A DNA stretch of 64,000 nt. Origin: an uncultured candidate division Zixibacteria bacterium (lineage in GTDB: Bacteria; Zixibacteria; MSB-5A5; GN15; PGXB01). The position numbers and the translations under genes were made by a program. Below the pieces are notes generated by a model. The model ran no database searches. It was given only the letters and a program-made list of their open reading frames with translations, and was not told the origin of the DNA. Positions 61,340-64,000 of the stretch are shown in pieces; positions within the stretch are counted from its first letter, which is position 1, and the number at the start of each line of letters is the position of its first letter. The stretch covers positions 1,568,001-1,632,000 of the forward strand of contig OY969724.1 in the NCBI GenBank assembly GCA_963702205.1, given 5' to 3'.

Positions 61340-62091
61340 CACAGGACGAAAAAGTAAAATTACGCAAGGATGGCGTAAATTTCTCGGACCTGGTTGGCCG
61401 GGAAATCCGCTTGAGAACCGAGCAGTTTCAAAATAAAGTTCTGAAAACCAGAGTTCTGGCCATTAGTGACAACAGCTTCGTAATCGACAGGTCCGGTTCG
61501 TCGGGTTTGGTGGATCAGCTTATTCCCAATCAGAAAGTTGAAGTGGAATTCACATACAAAGGCCAATTGGCTGGCTTTGACGCCAAAATAGTCAGCCCGC
61601 ATGAGGGGCGCATTGTCATTCCGATAGCCGGGGAAATAGTCCCCAAAAACGACCGTCAGTTTGCCCGCTACCGCCTGGAAAACGAAGTGCAACTGGCCTT
61701 GTTCGACGAGCACAATATATCGGCGGCACGATTGAACAAACTCAAATGGCTCAAGACAAGCACAACCAATCTTTCCGGCGGCGGCATGCTGGTCATAATA
61801 CCCGGAATAATATCGAACGATTGTTATATGATTCTTCACCTGCCGTTAAACGGCATTGATCTTCCCAAACTGATAGTCGGCCGCACCCGATATTTCCTTC
61901 CCGGACAGGCGGGGAAAAATCAGGTGGGGGTGGAATTTATCACCAAAGAAGATCGGCAGACAAAACTGCCCAGGACCATTATCCGCAACCTGCCGGAAAA
62001 ACTGTTTGAATATGACGCCGGATGGCGCCGGAAACTCTCCCGGCATCTGGCGGTACTTCTGGAAAACAAGAAACAAGGAGAAATAGGATGA
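61336..62091 (+). CDS. YcgR-like PilZN-PilZ protein
   Basis: RQFAR and NLSGGG motifs; GVEF. Confidence 0.8.
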   Translation: MTQDEKVKLRKDGVNFSDLVGREIRLRTEQFQNKVLKTRVLAISDNSFVIDRSGSSGLVDQLIPNQKVEVEFTYKGQLAGFDAKIVSPHEGRIVIPIAGEIVPKNDRQFARYRLENEVQLALFDEHNISAARLNKLKWLKTSTTNLSGGGMLVIIPGIISNDCYMILHLPLNGIDLPKLIVGRTRYFLPGQAGKNQVGVEFITKEDRQTKLPRTIIRNLPEKLFEYDAGWRRKLSRHLAVLLENKKQGEIG

Positions 62092-62624
62092 CAAAGAACC
62101 GTACCAAATTCATTTCGGAAGTTACGACCGACGAAAGCGTTGTCAAAGTCAAAGCGCCGTTCAAGCTTTACAAAGACAAATCGCGGCAATATATCCGGCT
62201 CGAAATTTCTGAGGCCGTCAACTATTCGATACTGAAGGATTCCGAAAACCAGCCGGTTCCCGAATCTGAACGTCCCGAATACGACGGGTTGATTCTCAAT
62301 TTGTCGCCCGGCGGAGCGCTTATCGAAAGCGACCATCCGACCGAGGACGGTGCCCTGCTGCTTTTGAAACTGTCGCTGCAGGAAATCGAGACGCTCGAAA
62401 ACGTCGTCGGACTGGTAAAACGCTGCGAACCGCTGGAAGGCAAGTGGATGATCGGCGTGGAATTCGTCAGTCAGCGATATTTGCACGACTCCCTGTCCGC
62501 GGCGCAAATTGAACTTATTCCCGGCGGGTCGCTCTCGTTTGAAGAAAAAATCCAGACCGTGCTGGGCCGGTATGTTTTTCAAAAGCGGATCCCGGTGAAT
62601 GTGAATCAAAATGAAAACGAATAA
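62088..62624 (+). CDS. Stand-alone PilZ domain protein
   Basis: RQYIR and NLSPGG motifs; IGVEF; AAGGAG SD. Confidence 0.8.
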   Translation: MTKNRTKFISEVTTDESVVKVKAPFKLYKDKSRQYIRLEISEAVNYSILKDSENQPVPESERPEYDGLILNLSPGGALIESDHPTEDGALLLLKLSLQEIETLENVVGLVKRCEPLEGKWMIGVEFVSQRYLHDSLSAAQIELIPGGSLSFEEKIQTVLGRYVFQKRIPVNVNQNENE

Positions 62625-63222
62625 TATAATTATAATCGTTATCGGGCTGATTGTTGGTTTGGCCATATCGGTTCAGGCCGAAAACAAGATAGTCGTCAAT
62701 GTCAATCTGCCCGAATGCCCGTACTACGATTCACATTTGGATACCAAACTGTACGATTACCTTTCCATGATCGATCGTGCCGAAATAACTTACCCCGACA
62801 GCGCCCAGAAAGTACGCCTTTCCGACCAGAAGGCGCTCCTCTTCGATGACGTCGTGAAGATCGGCGAGGAGTGTCAGGGAAGGTACCTGATCGATATCGA
62901 TATCGACCGGATCGACGTTGAAAAACGGAAAATCACCGTCATTCCTCTGGTGATCTTTCGCTATCGCGTTTACGGGGTAATGACAGGCAGATTAAAGATA
63001 ATCGACGTTGCGCGCAAAAAAGTAATTGAAACGCGCGATATCGATTATGAAATCAAAGCCTCCGACCAATGGCAGGTGTACGATGACGATCCCGATTATC
63101 CGGCGCTGCTTATTCCGGCCGATCGACGGATCGAACTGCTCGATCGTGTCGATGACAAAGCCGCCGAAAATCTGTTTGAGGAAATCAAGAAGATGACGCG
63201 GGGAGTGTACAGCCGAGGATAA
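62611..63222 (+). CDS. Hypothetical exported protein
   Basis: Signal peptide ending VQA; operonic overlap. Confidence 0.65.
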   Translation: MKTNNIIIIVIGLIVGLAISVQAENKIVVNVNLPECPYYDSHLDTKLYDYLSMIDRAEITYPDSAQKVRLSDQKALLFDDVVKIGEECQGRYLIDIDIDRIDVEKRKITVIPLVIFRYRVYGVMTGRLKIIDVARKKVIETRDIDYEIKASDQWQVYDDDPDYPALLIPADRRIELLDRVDDKAAENLFEEIKKMTRGVYSRG

Positions 63223-63223
63223 T

Positions 63224-64000
63224 ATGGACGAGACCGGCAAGATAAATACCAGATTCTGGTCCAGGCTGAATATCTTAAACGAAATCGCCGCGGCCTTTCA
63301 TTCGCCGGGTCCGGTCAATGAAATCGTGAGCGAAGTCCTGGCCAGGATCAATGGCATGGTGCCGTTCAAGGCGGCCGGGTTGTATTTATATGATACCAAA
63401 AGCCTGAATCTGAAGCCGGTCGTCAGGCAGGGACAATTGAACGAAGGTCAGGACCTTTTGCTCGGTTTCGATCAACGGGCGGCCAATGAATGGTTCGGAG
63501 CACGGACGCACGAACTTGTGGTCGACGGTGACAGCGGCGAACAGCTGCTGGCTATCCCGCTGAAAGTACAAACCAGGCCGGTTGGATTGATCGCCTTCGT
63601 TTCCGACTCATCGCAGCCGTTTCGTGATAAAGATCGACGTTTCCTCTTAATCGCCGGGGATTTGATCGCCGTATCGATGGAGCGCCAAATATACAACAAG
63701 AGACTTCGTGCCAAAAACCAGGCTCTCCGCAAGGCACAGGAAGAACTGCAAGTCGTCAGACAAAACATTATAAATTTCGAGCGGCTTTCGGCCGTCCGAG
63801 AACTGGCAGTCTCCATAAATCACGAAATCAACAATCCTCTGTCGGTTATAGTCGGAAACATACAGTGCCTTTTGCTTAAGACCAGGAATTTGGAAAAAAG
63901 CGTTTATGACCGCCTCAAACTCATCGAACGTGAAGCCATGCACATCGCCGAAATCAATCAAAGACTTTTGAAAATCGAAGACCTGGTTTCGGAAACGTAC
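63224..64000 (+). CDS. GAF domain plus HisKA protein (runs off the window)
   Basis: Manual translation: LLAIPLKVQTRPVGLI (GAF), ELAVSINHEINNPLSVIVGN (H-box); not in the ORF track because no stop is reached. Confidence 0.85.
   Translation, partial: MDETGKINTRFWSRLNILNEIAAAFHSPGPVNEIVSEVLARINGMVPFKAAGLYLYDTKSLNLKPVVRQGQLNEGQDLLLGFDQRAANEWFGARTHELVVDGDSGEQLLAIPLKVQTRPVGLIAFVSDSSQPFRDKDRRFLLIAGDLIAVSMERQIYNKRLRAKNQALRKAQEELQVVRQNIINFERLSAVRELAVSINHEINNPLSVIVGNIQCLLLKTRNLEKSVYDRLKLIEREAMHIAEINQRLLKIEDLVSETY

Overview
Bacterial chromosomal segment from a diderm organism. FlgD-Ig/T9SS-type C-terminal domains, a PorV/PorQ-like barrel, a Bacteroidota-type sigma54 regulator and a flagellar cluster together suggest a flagellated FCB-superphylum lineage such as Ca. 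Zixibacteria (inference). Positions 1-32.5 kb hold housekeeping and envelope genes: pdxT, ispH, ETF-QO, PpiD/SurA, M23 peptidase, rhomboid, mreB, two ECF sigma/anti-sigma stress modules, rnr, a T9SS-like trio, frameshifted dgt, a large CTD protein and holA. Positions 32.5-37 kb are an accessory island of co-oriented genes, each bounded by REP-like palindromes. It contains a REP-associated tyrosine transposase (RAYT), an IS256 with an 8-bp target duplication that splits a gene, and a 148-bp MITE carrying a REP doublet (second copy at 4.3 kb). Positions 37-42 kb are cmk-plsC-rpsA-mtaB. Positions 42-64 kb are a flagellar cluster with sigma54 promoters (motE-like to fliA, no motAB), followed by DUF2225, three PilZ proteins and a GAF-HisKA protein. 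The best candidate for an undescribed system is the RAYT/REP-bounded cassette island with its REP-doublet MITE. Two frameshifts fall in the same AGTACCGA context. No rRNA, tRNA or CRISPR array was seen.
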